Below, piece after piece: positions 1 to 11,039 of a DNA stretch of 64,000 nt. Within the stretch, counting starts at the first letter, position 1; each line of letters starts with the position of its first letter. Where the stretch lies: IMG/VR virus record IMGVR_UViG_3300036976_000011, positions 1 to 64,000 of that record. The stretch is one strand, 5' to 3'. Made by a program: the position numbers and the translations under genes. Below the pieces are notes generated by a model. The model was not told where the DNA came from, did not search any database, and saw only the letters and a program-made list of their open reading frames with translations. This stretch comes from a virus (lineage: Duplodnaviria; Caudoviricetes).

Positions 1-709
1 TGAATGGCTTTCCGCTCTCTAGCTCAATATCCTCACCATCTATTGGCGCAAACCAGCGCAGCTCACCGGGCCGCGCCGGGTTCGGGTGCTGTGAATTGAG
101 CCACGGCCCCCAATAGTTTATGACCCATTCGCCCTCAGCGGTCGTGGGGGGGTTGCCTGTGCCCACTACGCGGACCCGCTGACCTGGTATCGTCGTGCGC
201 GTCCAGGCTGTGATGAATCGGTACATTGTCTCAGAAAATTCCGGCAACTCATCAAAAACCTTGAGATCATGCGGTCGGCCTTTGTATGCCTCTTTGTCCT
301 GTTCGTATTGGCACGATCCAAACTCTATCATTCTGTCACCTGGCAAATCACGCCAGACGTGCTCCTGACCATTGTAACGACCTCGATTGCCTATAATATC
401 ACGGCTACGTTGTATAAGACCGCCAGCACCTCGCAGTTGCGGATAGGTGCGCCTGAGAATAAGCGAGCGCCAGTGCAACGTCATCGCAAGGCCCAATGAC
501 AAGTCACTTTTTCCGCCACCCGCCTGGCCGCCGAAAAATAGCTCGTCGGCAGGCGATAGCATCGCCGCGAATTGCGGCGACATGCCTTTGCCCGGCTCTG
601 CGATAGGCAACCAGAGGTCATTCGTCAGGATCACGTCCGCTATCTTCTGCACCTGCGGCGGTAGCGAGTTGACCAATGAGCCTAATTCGTTGATCTGGCG
701 AGAGTCCAC
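1..709 (-). CDS. terL: terminase large subunit, N-terminal ATPase domain (runs off the window start)
   Basis: Translated by hand (absent from the ORF track). GTG at 709 follows AAGGAG. Contains Walker A FFGGQAGGGKS, LILRRTYPQL, Walker B DLKVFDELPEF and TGNPP. Overlaps terS. Confidence 0.92.
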   Translation of the reverse strand, partial: MDSRQINELGSLVNSLPPQVQKIADVILTNDLWLPIAEPGKGMSPQFAAMLSPADELFFGGQAGGGKSDLSLGLAMTLHWRSLILRRTYPQLRGAGGLIQRSRDIIGNRGRYNGQEHVWRDLPGDRMIEFGSCQYEQDKEAYKGRPHDLKVFDELPEFSETMYRFITAWTRTTIPGQRVRVVGTGNPPTTAEGEWVINYWGPWLNSQHPNPARPGELRWFAPIDGEDIELESGKPF

Positions 710-1247
710 CAGTATACTCCTTTTCACCTGACGGGTCAGTGGGCGCAACTTTTCTTACCGGTAATGTCTCCTGCGTCGTAATACGTGCTAGTTCATCAGC
801 GGTTTTGAGTACTGAGGCGGCGTCTTTTAGACCCTGTGCTGACAATGGCTCAATGATATAAGTTGCACCATCGTCACCCGCTCGCGTTTGCTTCGTCACC
901 GGAAACGCTAGCAGGCTCTCAGCCTTTTCGCGTAGCTTGTTTGCATTTTTGAAACGATGAACGCGCCAGTTATCGCAGTCCTCTTTGAACTCGGCTTCAA
1001 TGCGCTTGCGCTCTGATTCGTCCCATGCCCTGGCGCGATCTTGCCAATTCCACTGTTCAAGCGCCTCGCGCCAACTGTTAGGTGTATAATTTGACCTTTT
1101 TTGACCTTTTGACTCACGTTCTGCATTAACACAACCAAGCAATGAGCGAGACGCGCCCATGAGCCTGAACCTGGTAAAACGATCATACCACAGGTTGGGC
1201 TCAAGGTCTCCTTTTTCATTTCGTTGACGGTCCCACGGGTTAGACAT
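618..1247 (-). CDS. terS: terminase small subunit-like protein
   Basis: PWDRQ...LWYDRFTRF.LMGASRSL...WxWxxRAxAWD pattern. Lies directly upstream of terL. Confidence 0.75.
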   Translation of the reverse strand: MSNPWDRQRNEKGDLEPNLWYDRFTRFRLMGASRSLLGCVNAERESKGQKRSNYTPNSWREALEQWNWQDRARAWDESERKRIEAEFKEDCDNWRVHRFKNANKLREKAESLLAFPVTKQTRAGDDGATYIIEPLSAQGLKDAASVLKTADELARITTQETLPVRKVAPTDPSGEKEYTGGLSPDQRIRLIGQLATAAGAEDSGRDPDE

Positions 1248-1386
1248 TGCTCACCAGTTCGGGTTCAAGGCCAAGTCGGTCTGTGAACCGTTCGAGACAG
1301 ACCGCTACATACTTTGCCAATTTTTCAACTCCAAGCCCGATGCGTTGTCCGCCATCCGCTTGATGTGCTGCGACCTTGACAGTTGT
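1240..1386 (-). pseudogene. orphan C-terminal fragment of a DNA methyltransferase
   Basis: Reads TTVKVAAHQADGGQRIGLGVEKLAKYVAVCLERFTDRLGLEPELV, which aligns with the C-terminus of 2166..3527 (GTVLAACHSNDRRGLGIEVLPKYCAVILERLADLGL). Its stop overlaps the terS start. Confidence 0.7.
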
Positions 1387-1403
1387 GCGAAATACGATAC
1401 AAT
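1376..1403 (+). promoter_or_regulatory. sigma70-like promoter for the HNH gene
   Basis: TTGACA-16-TACAAT upstream of 1477. Confidence 0.6.
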
Positions 1404-1476
1404 ATAAGTGTCTGGGCAGTGTCCAATTATTCATCAGGCGGAATTTGCTTTTTATACATAACCCCCAAGAGCCAAG

Positions 1477-2169
1477 ATGATGCTGCTCAGACAACAGCAC
1501 CGCCAGCTTAAGGGGGTTGCCCTTTCCATAAAGGGACACATGGCTACTATTGATATTAACGGCATTCCACACAAGAAATGCCCCACCTGTAAAAAACACA
1601 AGGCCACTTGCGAATTCCACAAAAAGCGCAGAGCCACTGACGGGCTGTATTATCAATGTAAGGATTGCAGCAAAGCATATCGAGAAACAAAAAAAGACAG
1701 AATCAAAGAGCGAAACCGCCAATACCGACAAAGAAACCCCGAACGATGCCAGACAGCCCAAAAGCAATGGCGCGAAAAGAACCCCAACTATGCCAGTCAG
1801 TGGCACATGAACAACCAAGAGCGAAACATACAACGCAGCCGCCAATGGAGAATCGACAATCCAGAGCGCGAAGCGGAAAATAGTCGCCTGTGGGCAAAGC
1901 GAAATCCAGAAAAGCGCCGAATCGGAAATCACAAGAGACGCGCTAGAATAAAAAATAATGGCGGCAACTATACAGAGCTTGAGTGGCTGGCGCTTTGCCA
2001 GCACTATAAGCACCGGTGCCTGTGCTGTGGTGCCGTTGATAAAAAACTTACTCCCGATCATGTCATACCGCTCTCAAAAGGTGGACGTAACGATATTGAT
2101 AACTTGCAACCTCTTTGTCTAAAATGCAATCTGCACAAAGGTGTAAAAATAAAGGACTATCGTATTTAG
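1477..2169 (+). CDS. HNH homing endonuclease
   Basis: N-terminal CPTC..CKDC zinc finger, repeated WRxxNPE helices, C-terminal CLCCG..LTPDHVIPLSKGGRNDIDNLQPLCLKCN. Orientation is opposite to its neighbours. Confidence 0.92.
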   Translation: MMLLRQQHRQLKGVALSIKGHMATIDINGIPHKKCPTCKKHKATCEFHKKRRATDGLYYQCKDCSKAYRETKKDRIKERNRQYRQRNPERCQTAQKQWREKNPNYASQWHMNNQERNIQRSRQWRIDNPEREAENSRLWAKRNPEKRRIGNHKRRARIKNNGGNYTELEWLALCQHYKHRCLCCGAVDKKLTPDHVIPLSKGGRNDIDNLQPLCLKCNLHKGVKIKDYRI

Positions 2170-3527
2170 TTCGTATCTATCCGCTCGCCCATCAGTCCAA
2201 GATCGGCAAGGCGCTCAAGAATAACGGCGCAATACTTGGGCAGGACTTCAATGCCCAAGCCCCTGCGATCATTGCTATGGCAGGCCGCCAGGACGGTGCC
2301 GCTCCCGCAAAATGGATCAATCCAAGTGTCGCCTAAATCACTATACGCCCTCACAAAAAAGTCAGGCAGGGCGACGGGGAAAGGCGCAGAATGCACCCCA
2401 GTTAAGCCAGTTTCCGCCCCAGCCATGATTACATTGTCGGGATAAGCCATCCCCGGTTTTGCCAAGTCGGGACGACCGCGATTAGAAAAAAATCCAGTGG
2501 CAGACTTAGGATTGTCCGGCGAATATACAAAAGCCGCTTCAGTTGGTTCACTTACTGAGCCAGCATTAAACTTTATCCGTGCGTCACGACAAAAGTGATA
2601 AATTGGCTCAAAGGCATTTTTGAATCTATTGTTCCAGCCGCCCGGAACAGAGTTCCGTTTCCAACACAACTCATCAACAAACCGCCATCCCCACCGTCTT
2701 TTCATCGCCAGCACCAAGTCAAACACATACAGCACACGCTCTCCCTTTTCGCAGTGCGGCTTGATATTGACAAAAAAGCTCCCGTCGTCCGCCAGATTAG
2801 CTCTGACATTGCTCTGCACAGCTTCCCACCAGTCAACGTACTCGCCCGTAGGCACACCGCCATACTGCTTTTTGCGCTGTTCGGCATAGGGTGGGCTGGT
2901 GAACGCGCCGTTAACTTTCCCCACACCTGCAACGTTGAGTAATCGCCGCCAAGTCTCAGGTTCTCGACAGTCGCCACAAATCACAAAATGTGGCCCTGCT
3001 TGCCAGATATCGCCATCCGCAACACCCCATTGGGCTTGCAGCTCCTCAGCTTTGTCAATTGGTGGCGCTGGCTCTACGGGCTCGTCAGGTTGGTCTCCAT
3101 TGACCTGCGCCAATATCTCCCCAAGCTGCACATCATCTACACCCGGCACACTCTCCACGCCCAACTCCTGCACCATTGGCGCGAGCACTTCAAAGTCAAA
3201 GTCAGTTGAAGGCGTGAAATTATCCGAAATCATCAAAGCCATCGCCCCATCACGCGACAGGTCAGAGCGGTCGTTGATGACGATGCGCTCCAAGCCGCGC
3301 TTTTTCGCCCCACGCCACAGTCCCTCGCCAGCTATGATCCAGTAAAAGTCTGCGTCAGGCGATTCTTTCCAGGCGACAATATTTTTGTACTGCGCGAACC
3401 TGTCAAGGCTCTCGCCAAGCTCCCCGACCTGCTCGTCACTATGACGATTGTAATTTTGCGGATGCGGGCACAATTCGTCAACATGGACAACTTTGAGATT
3501 CAATCCGAGTTTGACTAACTCATCCAT
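2166..3527 (-). CDS. ParB-like N-terminal domain plus N4C/N6A DNA methyltransferase
   Basis: LCPHPQNYNRH ParB-like start, TSPPY catalytic motif, DPFCGSGT SAM-binding motif. Confidence 0.92.
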   Translation of the reverse strand: MDELVKLGLNLKVVHVDELCPHPQNYNRHSDEQVGELGESLDRFAQYKNIVAWKESPDADFYWIIAGEGLWRGAKKRGLERIVINDRSDLSRDGAMALMISDNFTPSTDFDFEVLAPMVQELGVESVPGVDDVQLGEILAQVNGDQPDEPVEPAPPIDKAEELQAQWGVADGDIWQAGPHFVICGDCREPETWRRLLNVAGVGKVNGAFTSPPYAEQRKKQYGGVPTGEYVDWWEAVQSNVRANLADDGSFFVNIKPHCEKGERVLYVFDLVLAMKRRWGWRFVDELCWKRNSVPGGWNNRFKNAFEPIYHFCRDARIKFNAGSVSEPTEAAFVYSPDNPKSATGFFSNRGRPDLAKPGMAYPDNVIMAGAETGLTGVHSAPFPVALPDFFVRAYSDLGDTWIDPFCGSGTVLAACHSNDRRGLGIEVLPKYCAVILERLADLGLMGERIDTN

Positions 3528-3689
3528 TTCACCACCAAAGCCACAGCTGCCCCCAGGTCCACCAACCTATTACGCCGCAAGTCCAGCCTGACGACGGCCC
3601 TGGCCGGCTGGGTGCTTGGGTCGTGGCGCAGGAACAAATAGCCATCAGGATTATTCATTCGTGTCCGCCCCCGGCTGACCCTCTATCTC

Positions 3690-3884
3690 TCAGCACGTCT
3701 CCACCTCAGCACGCCCCAGTCGCTCCATCAAAATACCGCCAATCTCCCTCACCGCCTCCGAGTACGGTTCAGCGCGTTGTCGCCAGCGTAGCGCCTGGAC
3801 ATGGCAATTATGCACCTCGTCTCGCATGCGCCTGGCGAGGGCTTCGAGTTCGGGCGTGCCCAGGGTGCGAAAATCAAATTCCAC
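3690..3884 (-). CDS. hypothetical protein
   Basis: Overlap-coupled ORF in the minus-strand operon. Confidence 0.5.
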   Translation of the reverse strand: MEFDFRTLGTPELEALARRMRDEVHNCHVQALRWRQRAEPYSEAVREIGGILMERLGRAEVETC

Positions 3885-4122
3885 TATCCGCCACCGTCTC
3901 GTTCGTCAGCGGGTCAACGTCCAGCACTGACGCCCAATGCTCCACACCGACATTGGCAAGGGCGGCCTGGTCCAGGTCGCGGTCGGGATGCTCCAAACAC
4001 TCGCGCTGTGGCTTGCTGTAATCTATCGCCCGTCCGCACCATTGGCAAGGTGGCGCTGGCGTCATGCCAACGCCCCAGCGGTTAGGGTAGATGGGACGAG
4101 GCTTACAAAACAGACTAATCAT
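3874..4122 (-). CDS. hypothetical protein (CxxC)
   Basis: Coupled ORF with PCQWCG. Confidence 0.45.
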   Translation of the reverse strand: MISLFCKPRPIYPNRWGVGMTPAPPCQWCGRAIDYSKPQRECLEHPDRDLDQAALANVGVEHWASVLDVDPLTNETVADSGI

Positions 4123-4287
4123 TCTCTAATCCCTTACATGCCTCATCGTACCATCTATTCAAGATTTCCTCTTGTTCATCACACCATTTATGCACTGACC
4201 GCCAATACCGACGAGTTTGATACCTATCCAACAAAAGCGCCGATATAGCAACCACGATAGTCGCTAAAAACACGATCAACCCAAAAA

Positions 4288-4832
4288 TCATTTGCTTTCC
4301 TCAATCAGTCCAAGAATGTCCTCGAAAAACTCTTTGTACTCAAGCTGCTCAATCACGGACAAACAAAACTCACGCCACCACGGCAAGCGGTGATTGTACC
4401 GCTGTTTCATCATGCGCCGCAGGGTAGCATAAGACGTGCAAAGCTGGCGCTTTTGCAAAAAACCTTCTGGCAGCTCATTTTTTAATCGGTTAAACTCGCC
4501 ACGGTCACGCATACCGTTGAGCGTGACCAGCGTCGTCGGCCATATTGGCTCGTCAAAATCATCTTGTTCAATTGGTCGTTTCATTAGCGTGTGCATTGTG
4601 GATTCTGACTGCTTCGTCACGTCCACACGATAGGTGTCAATTTGTTGCCAGACGTAACGGGGTGCAGTTACGAGTAGCCAGACCTTCATGCTCTCCAGGA
4701 ATTTGTTGTGACCACCGTCTTTGTTGTAAAGTCGGTGCGCAACCTTTGGCATGTCAGCGGGGTCTTGATTTTTGCTTAGAGAAAGTCCAAGCATTGCCTC
4801 CTCGTAGCCAGCTTCGTGCAAAACTTGAACGC

Positions 4833-4836
<4 letters not shown>
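4288..4836 (-). CDS. ThyX-like flavin-dependent thymidylate synthase family protein
   Basis: GGHNKFLES, APRYVWQQIDTYR, SESTMHTL, LKNELPEGFLQ, YxRHNHRL-like motif. Adjacent to a dCMP deaminase. Confidence 0.65.
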
Positions 4837-7033
<2,197 letters not shown>

Positions 7034-7104
7034 CCTTGCCCCTTACGAAATCGTTAGTTACTGTCCATGTAAATGCCACCGTCTGTGTATCCCGCAAAAC
7101 GGGC

Positions 7105-7473
7105 TTACTCAGCGGTAACGAGTCGGTGAACGTTGATTGACTGCCAGGCCTGAGAAACATCCAGCAAGATTTTCTCTAACTGTGATTTCTGAACCAGGCA
7201 TTCAATCATGTCAGCCTGCAACTGGCACTGGCGGTGCAGGGTCTCTATTGTTCGCCCAAGGCCCTCCACCACGGCAACGAGGTGGTCAATCAATTCGCGG
7301 ATGTCAGCATCATTATTGCCCTTTAGCAATTTTGACAACTCCGCCACCATTGTTTTGACCTCTTCCAGTTGCATTCTCAGTTCAGCTATTTCCTGTTCCA
7401 GGCGCTTTTTTTCGGCGTCAGAATAACGACCATCAGCCTCATCAGCACCCGCAGACGCCTTTTTAGCGTCCAT
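7105..7473 (-). CDS. coiled-coil hypothetical protein
   Basis: Heptad-rich, coupled to the upstream membrane gene. Confidence 0.6.
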   Translation of the reverse strand: MDAKKASAGADEADGRYSDAEKKRLEQEIAELRMQLEEVKTMVAELSKLLKGNNDADIRELIDHLVAVVEGLGRTIETLHRQCQLQADMIECLVQKSQLEKILLDVSQAWQSINVHRLVTAE

Positions 7474-8002
7474 ATCGCTCCTCTAAATTATCCAGGCCCC
7501 TCTGGATTGACTCGATCTTCTCAGTGGCAGACCCTAGTAAATCCGCCACCTTTTTCTTGCGACACAGGACCAGGGCAATCACCCCGATAACTAAAGCACC
7601 GCCAGCAAGTACGCCAGACGCGCCCTCATTGCCATAAATCATCCCGGCTACTAGAGAACTAATAATGGCCAGGGGTATATACCCCACCGTCGCCCACGAG
7701 CACCCCGTCAATGCCCCGACCATCAACAGCCCCACAAGTGGCGTACCCATCAGCCAGGCCCCTTGGCCCCCAATGCTAGCATGATATTGCAACATAGAAA
7801 ACACAGGAGCGAGTGACCAGGTACAGTATAGAAACACCGCTGCATTGACCGTGCGACGGGTCAGCCACAGCGCACAGACTGCTACCAAAATCAAAAGTAC
7901 GAGCTCTGACTCATAACCATAGCTCGGCGGCTGGTCGGCTAGATTGTAAGCCAGTCCTGCGGCTGGAATAATAACACAAATCGCCAGGGTCAATCGCGCC
8001 AC
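7463..8002 (-). CDS. multi-pass membrane protein (lysis region)
   Basis: About 5-6 hydrophobic segments and a charged C-tail. Confidence 0.6.
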   Translation of the reverse strand: MARLTLAICVIIPAAGLAYNLADQPPSYGYESELVLLILVAVCALWLTRRTVNAAVFLYCTWSLAPVFSMLQYHASIGGQGAWLMGTPLVGLLMVGALTGCSWATVGYIPLAIISSLVAGMIYGNEGASGVLAGGALVIGVIALVLCRKKKVADLLGSATEKIESIQRGLDNLEERYGR

Positions 8003-8301
8003 GGTTCGCTTATCTCCCCACCAATCTCACGAGCAAGGGCTGCTAGCCCCTGTGCTTTGCGCTGAAAATCAGGGTGAGACAATACGCGCCAGTACCAACT
8101 CCTGTGCGGAATGTCTGCCATGCGCTCTGTATTCTCGTTCTCATCAATGTACTCACCAACGCCCGTCAGGTTAATTCTTTCAACTGCCTCTGGGCACTCA
8201 CGCAAAAATCGACCAGCAAGCATATCGCCTAGATCGCAGTCGTCAACGACTATCGTGTATATCACCTTGTTTCTCCTCTGCAATCGTGAGCGCATCGGCA
8301 A
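7990..8301 (-). CDS. hypothetical protein
   Basis: Coupled ORF. Confidence 0.55.
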   Translation of the reverse strand: MPMRSRLQRRNKVIYTIVVDDCDLGDMLAGRFLRECPEAVERINLTGVGEYIDENENTERMADIPHRSWYWRVLSHPDFQRKAQGLAALAREIGGEISEPWRD

Positions 8302-8512
8302 AAAGAGCTAACACGCTCATGGTACTATGAATCTCGCTTACGGTAGCCTGTAAAGTCGAGAATGACTCCTCGACCTCGCCCAGCCTGCGCAGGGTTTCAA
8401 TCTGGCGATTCTCCACTCGTTTTATTCGGTGCAAGATTTTATCAACTTGCGCAGTCGGAAGCTCGCCATTGGCATTCGGAACCAGTCTGCGCAATCTGCC
8501 CGTGATGCTCAT
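8243..8512 (-). CDS. coiled-coil hypothetical protein
   Basis: Coupled ORF. Confidence 0.55.
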   Translation of the reverse strand: MSITGRLRRLVPNANGELPTAQVDKILHRIKRVENRQIETLRRLGEVEESFSTLQATVSEIHSTMSVLALFADALTIAEEKQGDIHDSR

Positions 8513-9177
8513 GATAATACTATAAGACCTTGATTGCCGTACCGGTTCCCACCAGCGGGCGTCTCAAGCGCCTCTGTGAAAATGTCAATGGGGACGTGCC
8601 TGAAAGCGCCCTCATTGCGTCGCTCCCCCCAAAAGTCGGGATCATGCATGACAATGCTTTCATCGTCGTAGCCCACGACCAACACCCAATGAGCGCCATC
8701 GAAGTCGTCTTGGTTCTCCCCAGTTTTGGCGATAATGTCATAGTGAACGAGGGCAATGACAGGATCGCCGTTCTCAATTTCTTCTTTGATACGGTCCAGA
8801 TCCAGCGGGCGACGATAGACCAAAGACACGCCATGTCGCAAGCCGCCCTGCATAAGCTGTGACGCCTTCGTTGACCAGCGCCCCCACCCCGCCGTTGGTT
8901 GTCCGGCTGAAGTGGCTACCTCGTCCACCGTGGGGCGCTGGTCTGTTTTGAAATGTGCGATCATTGCTACGCAGGCTGGGCCGCAGTCGCCGGGCCTATC
9001 ATCGGCGTCCGGCACGTCCCACTGGGAAAGATAGGGGATGTCGAGAATGTGCCCTGCTGGCATTGACTCGTCCAAAATGGCGCGGAATAGCTCAAAAGTG
9101 GCGCGTAGCTCAACTGCCCGTTCTGCCATGAGCAAAGTAAGACGGTCCATTTCTTGGACGATTTCGTTGGGGTTCAC
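8509..9177 (-). CDS. peptidase C39-like protein (candidate lysin)
   Basis: IPYLSQ, DCGPACVAM (Cys), HWVLVVGYD (His), MHDP (Asp). Confidence 0.85.
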   Translation of the reverse strand: MNPNEIVQEMDRLTLLMAERAVELRATFELFRAILDESMPAGHILDIPYLSQWDVPDADDRPGDCGPACVAMIAHFKTDQRPTVDEVATSAGQPTAGWGRWSTKASQLMQGGLRHGVSLVYRRPLDLDRIKEEIENGDPVIALVHYDIIAKTGENQDDFDGAHWVLVVGYDDESIVMHDPDFWGERRNEGAFRHVPIDIFTEALETPAGGNRYGNQGLIVLS

Positions 9178-9198
9178 CCGCCACCACCACCGATTGGA

Positions 9199-9582
9199 TT
9201 ACTCGTCACATTCTCCACATTCATACCACCCGCCTTCACTCTCGCACAATGGACAATTGTCCCTTTCCACTAAGGCGCACTCTGGGCAATTGGCCCACTC
9301 AAGGACGCCGCTACAATTTGCGCAGTACACCTCTACAGAAATTATCACGCTAGGCTCGTCAACCAACTCATTAAGATACCCCAAATTGAGCGGGATTTCA
9401 CCATCTGCCATGCGCTGCGCCTCGGACATGGCGCGGGTCAAATCTATGATCACTTCATCGCCACAGATTAGATTACACATTGCTCTCATCCAACAAATCA
9501 GCCATCTTGGCAATGATGAGTATAAGTTGGTGGCCTGGCAATCCTGCCGGGTCGCCACTGGCGTACTGTCTCGCGTTGGCAA
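9199..9582 (-). CDS. Cys-rich hypothetical protein (true start probably near 9489)
   Basis: Several CxxC pairs. Confidence 0.5.
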   Translation of the reverse strand: MPTRDSTPVATRQDCQATNLYSSLPRWLICWMRAMCNLICGDEVIIDLTRAMSEAQRMADGEIPLNLGYLNELVDEPSVIISVEVYCANCSGVLEWANCPECALVERDNCPLCESEGGWYECGECDE

Positions 9583-9706
9583 TCAAGCGGCGCTGCCGCT
9601 CATCAAAGTTACTCAACCACCCCATACGCAAGGACTCTAGCACCATGCGCCTTTGATCTTCCCTGATGGCTTCAGCGGTTAAGTCGTCAAGTTTTTGTTT
9701 TTCCAT
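9473..9706 (-). CDS. hypothetical protein
   Basis: ORF with RBS in the operon. Confidence 0.55.
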   Translation of the reverse strand: MEKQKLDDLTAEAIREDQRRMVLESLRMGWLSNFDERQRRLIANARQYASGDPAGLPGHQLILIIAKMADLLDESNV

Positions 9707-9885
9707 TTAACTACCCCTCGCCAGGTTTGTGCTTTCTCACTCTCAGTGCAAGGATATCCACCAATCCATGAGCAAGGACATTCATTGCACACACCCGATG
9801 ATAAATCATCAGAAATCATGGCGTTTTTGCTACCACAGCCTGGACAAACTTTCTTCATGTCGCCCGTTTCTTCTCTTCTAGCCAT
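9679..9885 (-). CDS. small zinc-ribbon protein
   Basis: CPGCGS..CNECP. Confidence 0.5.
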   Translation of the reverse strand: MARREETGDMKKVCPGCGSKNAMISDDLSSGVCNECPCSWIGGYPCTESEKAQTWRGVVKWKNKNLTT

Positions 9886-10100
9886 TCTTCAAGACACACG
9901 CCAGAACAAAAGCTATGCAATCCATATCGGTATGCAATGTGTGAAAGAAACTGCAATTCCTTTGTGTCGTCACTGCAGCACTGACATGATCCTGGACGCG
10001 GTAGCGAGTCGAGCCATTCTTGCATCTCTGGAGTGCGTGCGGGCTCGCTCTTGTTGGGACGAGCAGCAACCGACTGATTCATCATATCCTGCAATGTCAT
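9855..10100 (-). CDS. hypothetical protein
   Basis: CQCC..CSGVC. Confidence 0.5.
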   Translation of the reverse strand: MTLQDMMNQSVAARPNKSEPARTPEMQEWLDSLPRPGSCQCCSDDTKELQFLSHIAYRYGLHSFCSGVCLEEWLEEKKRAT

Positions 10101-10169
10101 CTGTCTACACTCCCTCGCCAGGCGCGGCGCTTGGGGAGAGGATGACCGCGCCTGGCAACCAAGGAAACG

Positions 10170-10379
10170 TCACGCGCCCCGTGCGCGCAATCCGTCTTCG
10201 AGTGCCGTGCCAAGGATATAGGTCACGACAACGACAACGGCTTCGGTCAAATTTGCAGCGTCAATGCCTGCTCGCTCACCAACCGTGGCGAGTAGCAAGC
10301 CAATGACAGCCGCCCAAAACTTCCGGCTCTTGAGCAGTTGCTTGAACTTTTCCATATTTACCTCTCTTTTGGAATGCAA
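10170..10379 (-). CDS. holin-like protein (likely start MEKF near 10355)
   Basis: LKSRKFWAAVIGLL, two transmembrane helices. Confidence 0.75.
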   Translation of the reverse strand: MHSKREVNMEKFKQLLKSRKFWAAVIGLLLATVGERAGIDAANLTEAVVVVVTYILGTALEDGLRARGA

Positions 10380-10394
10380 AAAAACGCTACGACT

Positions 10395-10423
10395 AGTGTA
10401 TCAAATTTTGTAGAGTTTGTCAA
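10395..10423 (-). promoter_or_regulatory. sigma70 promoter for the holin/lysis block
   Basis: TTGACA-17-TACACT. Confidence 0.75.
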
Positions 10424-10496
10424 GACGCAAAAAGGCCATGCGTTGAGCATGGTCCCATAGAAAGAAAAGGCCCGGTCTCCTATGCCGGGCTTTCCT

Positions 10497-10748
10497 TCAC
10501 CCTTGACTTTCTATCCAGGCCGCCACTTCGTCAAGGTCGTATAGCAAACTCACATCGAGATGATACTCCATGCCACCCTCAAACTTGCGAAGTTCTCCAA
10601 ATTCAGGTGCGTTTTTCTCTACCCAAGCGGCCACATCTGGCGCTGCTGCACCAATGAATAGCAAATTAGCCCCTCGCTTTTGCACTGCAATTTTTCGCTT
10701 CGGCTTTGGTTTTGACATTTTTTCTCCTTTAATGATCTCTAAAAACAA
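10497..10748 (-). CDS. hypothetical protein, paralog of 10785..11039
   Basis: Shared AxxWIExxAxxxGxL..Y.hxVx..yDxxEVxxyIES.G pattern. Confidence 0.65.
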   Translation of the reverse strand: MFLEIIKGEKMSKPKPKRKIAVQKRGANLLFIGAAAPDVAAWVEKNAPEFGELRKFEGGMEYHLDVSLLYDLDEVAAWIESQG

Positions 10749-10784
10749 GCGAATAAAACACTGACAAAGATGCTATCACCCCCT

Positions 10785-11039
10785 TCACTTCCCGCCACTT
10801 TCAAGATAGGTAATGACCTCTTGTTTATCCCAATTTGGATCAACGAAAAAGCTATACGTATTGTCGTCAAGGGTAGATTTGTAGAGTACACCATAGTCAC
10901 GAGCCTCGCTCTCGATCCACCCCCTAGCATCAGGCGTTATAGCCACGATTTCAATATACACGTCTATGTCCGTTGCAACGATCTCCTTTCTCGGTGTTGG
11001 CTTTTTCGCCACCGTTCTTACTCCATATACTCTCGCCAA
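10785..11039 (-). CDS. hypothetical protein, paralog of 10497..10748
   Basis: Same pattern as its neighbour. Confidence 0.65.
   Translation of the reverse strand: MARVYGVRTVAKKPTPRKEIVATDIDVYIEIVAITPDARGWIESEARDYGVLYKSTLDDNTYSFFVDPNWDKQEVITYLESGGK

Noticed and set aside
1240-2061. 273-aa minus-strand ORF
   Set aside because: Mostly the antisense shadow of the HNH gene; only the last ~48 codons look protein-like (methylase remnant).
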